The notes under the pieces are model-generated. The model was not told the origin of the DNA. It searched no databases and worked only from the letters and a program-made list of their open reading frames with translations. A stretch of DNA of 37,329 nucleotides from an uncultured bacterium. Its GTDB lineage: Bacteria > SAR324 > NAC60-12. Below are positions 19,210 through 27,027 of this stretch, in pieces. The stretch is taken from positions 1-37,329 of the forward strand of contig CAXGMD010000028.1 in the NCBI GenBank assembly GCA_964010765.1, given 5' to 3'. How positions within the stretch are numbered: position 1 is the first letter of the stretch; the number at the start of each line of letters is the position of its first letter. The position numbers and the translations under genes were made by a program.

Positions 19210-19225
19210 TTGAATTTTTGTTCAA
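19210..19225. promoter_or_regulatory. putative IolR operator between iolR and iolD
   Basis: TTGAATTTTTGTTCAA (core TGAA-N6-TTCA) overlaps the -35 of a candidate TTGAAT-N18-TAAAAT promoter (19210-19239). Confidence 0.5.
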
Positions 19226-19273
19226 CAATTTATTAAAATAGACTTTTTGAGTCAATTAGCAAGAGGAGTCCTA

Positions 19274-21118
19274 ATGAAAACGATTCGACTAACGATGGCC
19301 CAAGCACTGGTCCGCTATCTTGTCAACCAGCACACCATGATTGATGGCAAGAAGGAGCCCTTGTTTCCAGGGGTTTTTGCAATTTTTGGCCATGGCAATG
19401 TTACCTGTCTGGGTGAGGCTCTGGAATCAGTTCGTGATGTCATGCCCACGTGGCGGGGTCAGAATGAACAATCAATGGGTTTGGCTGCGGTTGCGTTTGC
19501 CAAGGCAAGCCGCCGACGTCAGATCATGGTTGCAACCTCATCAATTGGCCCTGGCTGTACAAATTTTCTGACAGCTGCCGGTACGGCCCACTCGAATCGG
19601 TTACCTGTTCTGTTCCTCTCCGGAGATACCTTCTCTAATCGGCTACCTGATCCAGTCTTGCAGCAAGTTGAACATTTCCAAGATCCAACATTGACTGTCG
19701 CGGATGCCTTCAAGTCTTGTACAAGATTCTGGGATCGAATTACTCATCCAGCACAGTTGATGGTCTCCCTCCCACAAGCAGTGGCGACAATGATGGATCC
19801 GGCTACTTCTGGCCCAGCCTTCATTGCCCTACCCCAGGATATCCAAGCAGTTGCTTACGATTATCCCGAGGTGTTCTTTGAGGAGAAGATTCACCGAAGC
19901 CCACGACCTCGGCCCGATCAGGATAGCATTGCGGAGGCAGCAGCAATTTTGAAGTCAGCCCAAAAACCGATGATTGTTGCTGGCGGAGGGGTATTTTACT
20001 CAGGTGCAGTCGCTACTCTGACCAGTTTTGCAGAAAAACACGGTATCCCAGTGACAGAGACAATCGCTGGTCGATCACAGATGCTGCATGACCATAAACT
20101 GAATGCTGGACCACTCGGTGTGATCGGTTCAAGCTCTGCAAATGCACTTGCTGCAGAGGCCGATGTCGTTCTTGCTGTGGGAACCCGTCTGCAAGATTTC
20201 ACAACGGGTTCCTGGTCTGTCTTTGGTAATGAGTCAATGCAGTTGATTGCGATCAACGCAGCCAGCTTCGACGCTCACAAGCACCGGGCGCTCTCCGTAG
20301 TTGGCGATGCCAAGGTTGGCTTGGAAGATCTAAGCAGTGCGCTGGGTAATTGGGCAGGCAGTCCAGCTTGGATCGAAACGGCACAGGGGCATTATGCAGA
20401 GTGGAACCGGACAGTAGATCAGCATTCTGGACCATCAGATGCTGTTCCTCCAAGCTACGGGCAAGTCGTTGGTGCCATCAACAGAAGCTGTGATAGCACT
20501 GACTTGGCACTGACTGCTGCAGGTGGATTACCAGGCGAGCTTTGCAAAAACTGGAAGACACGCTCAATTGGTACTTTTGACTGTGAGTTTGGCTTTTCTT
20601 GTATGGGATATGAAATCGCAGGTGGTTGGGGGGCCAAAATGGCAGACCCATCCCGAGACGTCATCGTCTTCGTTGGCGATGGATCTTACTTGATGTTGAA
20701 CAGTGACATTTACAGCACTGTGCTGACAGGACACAAGATGATCGTCATCGTCTGTGACAACGGGGGCTTCTCTGTGATCAATCGCTTACAAAATTTCAAG
20801 GGAAGCGCTTCTTTCAACAATCTCTTAAAGGACTGTAAAGTAGAGAACCTTCAAGGGGTTGATTTCGTACAGCACGCCACCAGCATGGGAGCCCTTGGTG
20901 AGCAAGTGGAAAGCATTGCAGAGCTAGAGGCTGCATTTAAACGTGCGAAAGCAGCGGATCGCACTTATGTCATCTGCATCAAAACCCAGCCATCACAATG
21001 GACGCCAGGAGATGCTTGGTGGGATGTCGGAGTCCCAGAAGTGAGTGATCGTGAAGAGGTTCGTCAAGCAAGGTCAGACCATTCCGAGGGCCAGAAACGT
21101 CAACGCTTGGGCGTGTAA
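19274..21118 (+). CDS. iolD: 3D-(3,5/4)-trihydroxycyclohexane-1,2-dione acylhydrolase (ThDP-dependent)
   Basis: Motifs MKTIRLTMAQALV, IFGHGNV, NEQSM, PDPVLQQ, EFGFSCMGYE, GDGSYLM and WWDVGVPEVS; GAGGAG RBS. Confidence 0.95.
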   Translation: MKTIRLTMAQALVRYLVNQHTMIDGKKEPLFPGVFAIFGHGNVTCLGEALESVRDVMPTWRGQNEQSMGLAAVAFAKASRRRQIMVATSSIGPGCTNFLTAAGTAHSNRLPVLFLSGDTFSNRLPDPVLQQVEHFQDPTLTVADAFKSCTRFWDRITHPAQLMVSLPQAVATMMDPATSGPAFIALPQDIQAVAYDYPEVFFEEKIHRSPRPRPDQDSIAEAAAILKSAQKPMIVAGGGVFYSGAVATLTSFAEKHGIPVTETIAGRSQMLHDHKLNAGPLGVIGSSSANALAAEADVVLAVGTRLQDFTTGSWSVFGNESMQLIAINAASFDAHKHRALSVVGDAKVGLEDLSSALGNWAGSPAWIETAQGHYAEWNRTVDQHSGPSDAVPPSYGQVVGAINRSCDSTDLALTAAGGLPGELCKNWKTRSIGTFDCEFGFSCMGYEIAGGWGAKMADPSRDVIVFVGDGSYLMLNSDIYSTVLTGHKMIVIVCDNGGFSVINRLQNFKGSASFNNLLKDCKVENLQGVDFVQHATSMGALGEQVESIAELEAAFKRAKAADRTYVICIKTQPSQWTPGDAWWDVGVPEVSDREEVRQARSDHSEGQKRQRLGV

Positions 21119-21138
21119 AATAGAAAGGAAGAATTTTA

Positions 21139-22266
21139 ATGAAGACACTAGGAATCGGACTGATCGGTTCCGGATTTATGGGGCGTTGCCATGTCAACGC
21201 CTACAATTCGATAGCCAGCATCTTTAAAGTCTCTCAAAAACCAGTCCTGAAGATGCTCGCTGATGCGTCCCCTGAACTAGCCAGTCAACAAGCAAAGGCT
21301 CTACAATTTGAACAGAGCACTGCCGATTGGCAGGAGTTGGTGCAACATCCTGAAGTTGATGTCGTTGATATCACGGCTCCAAACCATTTGCACCATCCAA
21401 TTGCAATCGCTGCGATGAACTTGGGTAAGTCCGTTTACTGTGAGAAGCCACTGGCTTGCACACTTGCTGAAGCCCAAGAGATGGCTAATTTGGCCAGGTC
21501 AAAGCAGATCCCGACACTTGTCGGGTATAACTATCTGCAGAACCCTCTCATGAGAACCGCCCGAGAGATTGTTCAGAGTGGCGAAATCGGGGAACCGATT
21601 GCTTTCAGAGGTGTACATGCAGAAGACTACATGGCTAATCCCCTATCACCATACACCACTCGACTGGATGCTTCTCAGGGAGGAGGGGTACTGTATGACT
21701 TGGGAAGTCATATCATCTCCCTAGCTCGCTACGTTGCAGGACCAATTCAAGAAGTTTTGGGGAATCTGACGACTGTCGTTCCCGAAAGACCTAGTGGAGA
21801 TACGACCCGCCTGGTTCATGTTGATGACCAAACCCACTGCCTGGTGAGATTTGAGAACGGCTGTGTTGGTACACTAGAGGCTAGTTGGATGGCCTGGGGG
21901 CGGAAGATGCACCTTGCTTTTGAGCTGACTTGTACGAAAGGGACGCTTGTCTTCAATCAGGAACAGTTCAATGAGTTGAGACTGTATGATGCCAACCAGA
22001 AAGCGGGTCGGGATGGTTTTAAAACATTACTTTCCGGACCAGACCACCCTCACTATAGTGCTTTCTGCCCTGCACCTGGGCATCAACTTGGCTTCAATGA
22101 ACTCAAGGTGATTGAGCTGCTACAACTGCTACGAGCACTGGAAGGTGGGGATGCCTGCTGGCCTGATTTCACCGAAGCTTTTGAAATTCAAAAAGTGTTG
22201 GAAGCGGTCAAGCTTTCATCAGAAGAGGCAAGGTGGTGTTCCCCACAGTCAATGATTACAAATTGA
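21139..22266 (+). CDS. Gfo/Idh/MocA dehydrogenase resembling scyllo-inositol 2-dehydrogenase / L-glucose dehydrogenase (LgdA type)
   Basis: Motifs GSGFMGRCH, CEKP, GYNY, EDYMA, DLGSH, AFCPAPGHQLGFNELK and WPDF; lies between iolD and iolE. Confidence 0.78.
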   Translation: MKTLGIGLIGSGFMGRCHVNAYNSIASIFKVSQKPVLKMLADASPELASQQAKALQFEQSTADWQELVQHPEVDVVDITAPNHLHHPIAIAAMNLGKSVYCEKPLACTLAEAQEMANLARSKQIPTLVGYNYLQNPLMRTAREIVQSGEIGEPIAFRGVHAEDYMANPLSPYTTRLDASQGGGVLYDLGSHIISLARYVAGPIQEVLGNLTTVVPERPSGDTTRLVHVDDQTHCLVRFENGCVGTLEASWMAWGRKMHLAFELTCTKGTLVFNQEQFNELRLYDANQKAGRDGFKTLLSGPDHPHYSAFCPAPGHQLGFNELKVIELLQLLRALEGGDACWPDFTEAFEIQKVLEAVKLSSEEARWCSPQSMITN

Positions 22267-22305
22267 TTGTCTGATTTCAGAAAACATTCAACTTCAGGAA
22301 AACAT

Positions 22306-23205
22306 ATGAGCGTTCAACTGGCTGTCGCCCCAATTGCTTGGTCCAACAGTGATCTGCCCCAATTAGGGGGAGACACTCCATTGGAAACATGTTTGCGGGA
22401 GAGTCGTGAGGCAGGGTTTACCGGAACAGAAAGTGGCGCTAAGTATCCGATGGATCCTGAAAAACTTGGACCACTGCTCAAACAATTCGATCTCAAGCTT
22501 GCGTCGGGTTGGTTCTCTGGAACCCTACGCGAGTGCAGTGTGGATGAAGAATGGGAAAATCTTCAGGAAATGCTCTACACCTTCAAATCCTTGCAAGCTC
22601 CTGTTTTGGTTTATGCAGAAACCAGTGGCAGTGTTCAAACAAAGCAGCAAATTCCAGTCTCCCAACGTCCTGTCATGCCTGACGAAGAATACCCAGAATA
22701 TGGGCGAAAATTGACAGAAATCGCCGATCGTATGGCAGCGTATGGAGTGCCAATGGTCTATCACCATCACATGGGGACAGTTATTGAGACAGAGCGAGAA
22801 GTCGACCTTTTGATGGCCAACACGGGGCCCAATGTGAATTTATTGATAGACACAGGACACCTTACTTTCGCAGGTGGCAATGTGGAGGCAACCACTCGTC
22901 GTCATGGACATCGGGTGAAACATGTGCACTGCAAAGACATCCGGGCAGATGTCTACAAAAGAGTTCAGGCCGAGGACATGAGCTTCCTAGACGCCGTGCT
23001 GGAGGGAGTCTTCACCGTCCCAGGAGATGGCTCGATAGACTTTCACAACTTTGCGAAGGTACTTTCCGACATCAACTACAGTGGTTGGATCGTAGTCGAA
23101 GCAGAGCAAGATCCAGAAAAAGCCAATCCCCTGATTTACTCAAGGATGGGTCATCAGCACTTGACCGATGCACTTCAAAAAGCAGCCATCGAAATTCAGG
23201 CCTGA
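22306..23205 (+). CDS. iolE: myo-inosose-2 (2-keto-myo-inositol) dehydratase
   Basis: Motifs APIAWSNSDLPQLGG, SGWFSG, YHHHMGT, DTGH, HVHCKD, FTVPGDG and VEAEQDP; AGGA before ATG 22306. Confidence 0.93.
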   Translation: MSVQLAVAPIAWSNSDLPQLGGDTPLETCLRESREAGFTGTESGAKYPMDPEKLGPLLKQFDLKLASGWFSGTLRECSVDEEWENLQEMLYTFKSLQAPVLVYAETSGSVQTKQQIPVSQRPVMPDEEYPEYGRKLTEIADRMAAYGVPMVYHHHMGTVIETEREVDLLMANTGPNVNLLIDTGHLTFAGGNVEATTRRHGHRVKHVHCKDIRADVYKRVQAEDMSFLDAVLEGVFTVPGDGSIDFHNFAKVLSDINYSGWIVVEAEQDPEKANPLIYSRMGHQHLTDALQKAAIEIQA

Positions 23206-23269
23206 GTTAGCATATTTTCTGACAGCCCTGCACTATAGGGTCTTTTCATCATTTTATCCTCACCACCGT

Positions 23270-23315
23270 CTCCCAAGAGCCTGACATTTTGCTGGGCTGT
23301 TGGGGGTTCTTTTTT
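23270..23315 (+). terminator. probable intrinsic terminator after iolE
   Basis: Imperfect GC-rich hairpin CTCCCAAGAGCCTG...TGGGCTGTTGGGGG followed by TTCTTTTTT. Confidence 0.6.
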
Positions 23316-23367
23316 CAAGAATTCCATACATTCTTCCTAGGGTGTTTCCTCACTAAAAGGAGTACTT

Positions 23368-24789
23368 ATGCGCAAAATGTTCATAAATGGAGCTTGGTCT
23401 GAGTCTCCTAAAAGCTCACCCGTGATTCGCTCTTTCAATGGAGAAACAGTGGATCACATTCCAGATGCCACAGATGAGCAAGTAGAACAGACCCTCGAAG
23501 CAGCCCACAAGGCGTCAAAAATATTGGCAAAAATACCAGCCCATGAACGAGCCAGAATCCTTAACAAGGCTGCGGCCTTGATTGATGAGCATGTGGATGA
23601 GTTGGCCAACTTGGTCTCGCTTGAAGTTGGGAAGCCCATCTCAGAAGCCCGAGGTGAAGCAGGACGTGTGGGTGAATTGTTGAGACTCTCTGTGTTTGAA
23701 GGCACTCAAGTGCGTGGGGAGAGTCTTCCTCTAGATGCTCAAGTCGGTGCTGGCAAAGACAAATTGGGTTTCACTATGAGAGTACCCTGTGGAGTCGTGT
23801 TGGCCATCACCCCCTTCAATTACCCATTACTCCTCGTAATGCACAAAATCGGACCTGCCCTAAGTGCAGGTAATGCCGTGATCTTAAAACCAGCTAAGCA
23901 GACCTCACTCTCAGCTTTACGGATGACCGAACTCTTGTACGAAGCAGGCCTTCCAGAAAATGCTTTGCAAACCATCACGGGTTCTGGTTCACGATTGGGA
24001 AAGTTGCTCTGTGCTGACAAGCGAGTGCGTAAAATCAGCTTCACAGGAAGTACTGATGTTGGGGAGCAGATTACCCAAATTGCAGGGGTCAAGAAGCTTT
24101 CCCTAGAGCTTGGTTCAAGCTGTCCCATGATAGTGATGCCTGACGCTGACCTAGACCAAGTAGCGGCTGCGACAGCAACAGGAGGCTTTGTCAATGCTGG
24201 ACAGGTTTGTATTTCACTTCAGAGAGTCGTTGTCCATCAGAAGGTTTATGCTGATTATTTAGACGCAGTCAAAAGTGCAGTGGAGGGAATTTCTGTAGGT
24301 GACCCGATGGAAGAATCTACAAAGCTCAGTGCGATGATCAACGAAGCAGAAGCAGCACGTGTGTCCGATTGGCTCCAGGAAGCAGTTCAAAGTGGAGCTC
24401 GGCTAATTACAGGGGGCGATCGTGAAAAAGCCATTGTTCAACCGACTGTCATTGCTGATGTCAAACCCTGCATGAGACTCGCCACACAAGAACTGTTTGG
24501 CCCCGCAATTGGTGTTGCACCTGTGGAGAGCTTCGACGAGGCAATGGAAATTGCCAATGGTGTGAATTATGGACTTGGAGCCAGTATTTTCACAAAAGAT
24601 GTCAACACCGCCTTACGCTTCGCTCAGCAGATTGAGAGTGGGAATGCCATGATTAACTGGTCCCCACTTTGGAGAGCTGATCTGATGCCCTACGGAGGCT
24701 TCAAGGGTAGCGGCATTGGCAAAGAAGGTCCCCGCTACGCCGTAGAAGAGATGACTGAGTTGAAGACTGTGGCGTTCCACGGCTTGTGA
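23368..24789 (+). CDS. NAD(P)-dependent aldehyde dehydrogenase (lactaldehyde/y4uC/sulfolactaldehyde dehydrogenase-like subfamily)
   Basis: Motifs ITPFNYPLLLVMHK, FTGS, LELGSS (Glu), NAGQVCIS (Cys), ELFGP and MPYGGFKGSGIGKEG; AAGGAG RBS. Confidence 0.9.
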   Translation: MRKMFINGAWSESPKSSPVIRSFNGETVDHIPDATDEQVEQTLEAAHKASKILAKIPAHERARILNKAAALIDEHVDELANLVSLEVGKPISEARGEAGRVGELLRLSVFEGTQVRGESLPLDAQVGAGKDKLGFTMRVPCGVVLAITPFNYPLLLVMHKIGPALSAGNAVILKPAKQTSLSALRMTELLYEAGLPENALQTITGSGSRLGKLLCADKRVRKISFTGSTDVGEQITQIAGVKKLSLELGSSCPMIVMPDADLDQVAAATATGGFVNAGQVCISLQRVVVHQKVYADYLDAVKSAVEGISVGDPMEESTKLSAMINEAEAARVSDWLQEAVQSGARLITGGDREKAIVQPTVIADVKPCMRLATQELFGPAIGVAPVESFDEAMEIANGVNYGLGASIFTKDVNTALRFAQQIESGNAMINWSPLWRADLMPYGGFKGSGIGKEGPRYAVEEMTELKTVAFHGL

Positions 24790-24796
24790 TCCATCC

Positions 24797-24823
24797 AGCA
24801 GGCTCGCAGGAGCCTGCTTTATT
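24797..24823 (+). terminator. intrinsic terminator closing the inositol island
   Basis: Perfect 9-bp stem AGCAGGCTC-GCAG-GAGCCTGCT followed by TTATT, starting 7 nt after the ALDH stop. Confidence 0.7.
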
Positions 24824-25037
24824 CCTGCCTCAAGAATCCTCACCAAACTTGATCGAGAAAAAACTTACATCCCTCATTAATTGGTTTTTGACAAATAAGC
24901 ATTGAATATAAATCAAAGATATTCATGCTCTATTGATAAGTATTCCAGTCTGGGTCGATCTCCCATCAGTATTCATTCACTCCAAATTTCCAAAGCTATT
25001 CTTGAATCTTACAAAATTTAGAGAGAATCCAAACCAC

Positions 25038-25904
25038 ATGGGGATTCTCTTCATGGTGTTGGCAATGGCAGGCTTTGCTGTTGAGGACCTGGTGATCAAA
25101 TTAGTTTCTGTCCGTTTACCGGTCAGCCAGATTCTGATCATGCTTGGATTGTTGAGCTTGATTTGGTTTGTGATGATCGCCAAGTGGAAGAAAATCCCTC
25201 TGCTGACTAGGGAAATGTTGAATAAGCCTTTTATCATTAGAACTCTGGCAGACCTGTTTGCAGCACTCTTTTATGTAATTGCTGTCGTCAATTCACCCCT
25301 CAGTTCAGCCTCGGCAATACTCCAGTTTTCTCCATTACTCGTGACCTTGGGGGCAGCTCTTTTTCTGCGTGAGAGAGTCAGCCTTGGCAGCTGGATCGCA
25401 ATTGGCTTCGGCTTTGCGGGAATGATGCTGATCATCCGTCCTGGTACTGAAAGCTTCACCCCTACATCAATTTTCGCGGTTTTGTCGGTTGTCATGCTGG
25501 CTTTGCGAGAAATCACAACGCGCGTAATGTCAGTTTCTGTGCCCTCCCTAGCCGTCTCGAGTTGGGCTTTTGCTGCTTGTGCGCTGATCGGCTTCCTCAC
25601 CATCCCTTTCTTCCCAGATCCAGTTATACCGACAAGTGAAGACCTATTGCTGATGCTCGCCTCCAGCGTGGTCAGTTGCATTGCCTATTACGCTTTGGTC
25701 CAGGCAACCCGAGATGGTGAAGTCTCCGTGATTGCTCCATTTCGCTATACTCGACTACTCTTTGCATTGATTCTCTCCTCTTGGGTTCTTGGAGAGCAAC
25801 CCGATACGATCATGTATATTGGTTCAGTCTTGGTTGTTTTTTCAGGGCTCTATAACCTTGGTTTTGGGCGCATATTTTATGCTGCCCAGTCTGCATCTTC
25901 ATAA
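25038..25904 (+). CDS. DMT/EamA family transporter
   Basis: About 10 TM helices; motifs AMAGFAVED, LFLRERV, LIIRPG, APFRYTRL and LGEQPD. Start uncertain (25002-25038). Confidence 0.85.
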   Translation: MGILFMVLAMAGFAVEDLVIKLVSVRLPVSQILIMLGLLSLIWFVMIAKWKKIPLLTREMLNKPFIIRTLADLFAALFYVIAVVNSPLSSASAILQFSPLLVTLGAALFLRERVSLGSWIAIGFGFAGMMLIIRPGTESFTPTSIFAVLSVVMLALREITTRVMSVSVPSLAVSSWAFAACALIGFLTIPFFPDPVIPTSEDLLLMLASSVVSCIAYYALVQATRDGEVSVIAPFRYTRLLFALILSSWVLGEQPDTIMYIGSVLVVFSGLYNLGFGRIFYAAQSASS

Positions 25905-25911
25905 CCTCCTA

Positions 25912-26751
25912 TCACGCCTTTCGAGCAAGAGCAATCCAGCCTCCAAAAATTATGAAACAAGCTCCAAGCGCCGTTGTCCATGCTGGAATTTCCTCAAACA
26001 ACAACCAACCAGCGACCGCTGAAGCAGGGATCTGGATGTAGATCCAAGGAGCGATTCTCGAAGACTCCATTCTTCTGAAAGCAAAGAAAACTGTGGTCAT
26101 TGCCAGAAGATCAATTCCCACCATTAAGCCCATCCACATAAAGTGTTGATAGTCTGGTAGTTCCCCTCCAGTAGCCCACAACAAAATCCCCGCAACGGTT
26201 GAACCCGATAACTCCTGATAAAACACCCAGCGTCCCTCCGGTTCTTCGGGATATCGACGAATCCAGGCGTTACCCACAGCATGACTCATTGCCGCCAGCA
26301 AGGGTGCTAACAAATACCAACTGAAGTTCTCCCAGCCTGGCTTCAGACAAATCATCACTCCCACAAAGCCCAAAGTAATGGCCAACCAGATTCTCGGTGT
26401 TACTGGCTCTCGCAGCCAGAAAACTGCTAAAATCACCAAGAAAAAAGGACTGGTGTTCAACAAAGTGCTGTAGAGAGACAGCGACACAAAATGAAGTGCA
26501 TACACACCGCCTAGAAAGGGCAAACACATGATCACTCCCCTGATCAAGTGGATGCTGATGATCTTGGTTTTAAAACCACTCCACCCGCTGCGCCAGTAGA
26601 TCCAAGTCCCCATTGCCAAGGTGTTCATTGCTAACCATGGAGCGATGAGACTAAATGGCTCCAAATCCAATCGCAGCAATTTGATCAAAGCGCCCAGTAT
26701 CGCAAAGCAGATGAATCCACTGAGCCCAACCCAAAGAGGTGGAATTGTCAT
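25912..26751 (-). CDS. DMT/EamA family transporter
   Basis: About 10 TM helices; motifs HLIRG, TSPFF, WLREPV, LKPG, IAPWIYIQIP and LFEEIP; convergent with the previous DMT. Start could be 26778. Confidence 0.82.
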   Translation of the reverse strand: MTIPPLWVGLSGFICFAILGALIKLLRLDLEPFSLIAPWLAMNTLAMGTWIYWRSGWSGFKTKIISIHLIRGVIMCLPFLGGVYALHFVSLSLYSTLLNTSPFFLVILAVFWLREPVTPRIWLAITLGFVGVMICLKPGWENFSWYLLAPLLAAMSHAVGNAWIRRYPEEPEGRWVFYQELSGSTVAGILLWATGGELPDYQHFMWMGLMVGIDLLAMTTVFFAFRRMESSRIAPWIYIQIPASAVAGWLLFEEIPAWTTALGACFIIFGGWIALARKA

Positions 26752-27027
26752 TGCCCGAAAGGGGATTGAAGAGATCACAAGTTCCTGTGGATCAAAGCTG
26801 AGATGTCAGCTTTTGGGGAAAATGGAGACTGATCATTTCTAAAAATGAAGGATTTGGCAAAAAATTATTGATCTAACGCAGAATAGTGACAAAATCGATA
26901 CACAATGCAATCTATTGATTAGAATTTATGATAAAATATCAATAGTTTATATTCTTAGAAAATTTACTTAGTCATCACGACTCCTTCGATCAAAAACTTT
27001 GAGTGAAGGGATCCAGTAGTAACCAAC

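Noticed and set aside
3866..24789. Sulfoglycolytic Entner-Doudoroff (sulfoquinovose) pathway, which also uses SDR + IlvD/Edd + HpcH aldolase + ALDH
   Set aside because: The families match, but there is no GH31 sulfoquinovosidase, lactonase or sulfonate exporter, and the context is inositol. Unsupported rather than excluded.
24888..24916. TTGACA promoter and FNR-like site upstream of the first DMT
   Set aside because: No -10 at 16-18 nt spacing, and TTGAA-N5-ATCAA does not fit the TTGAT-N4-ATCAA geometry.
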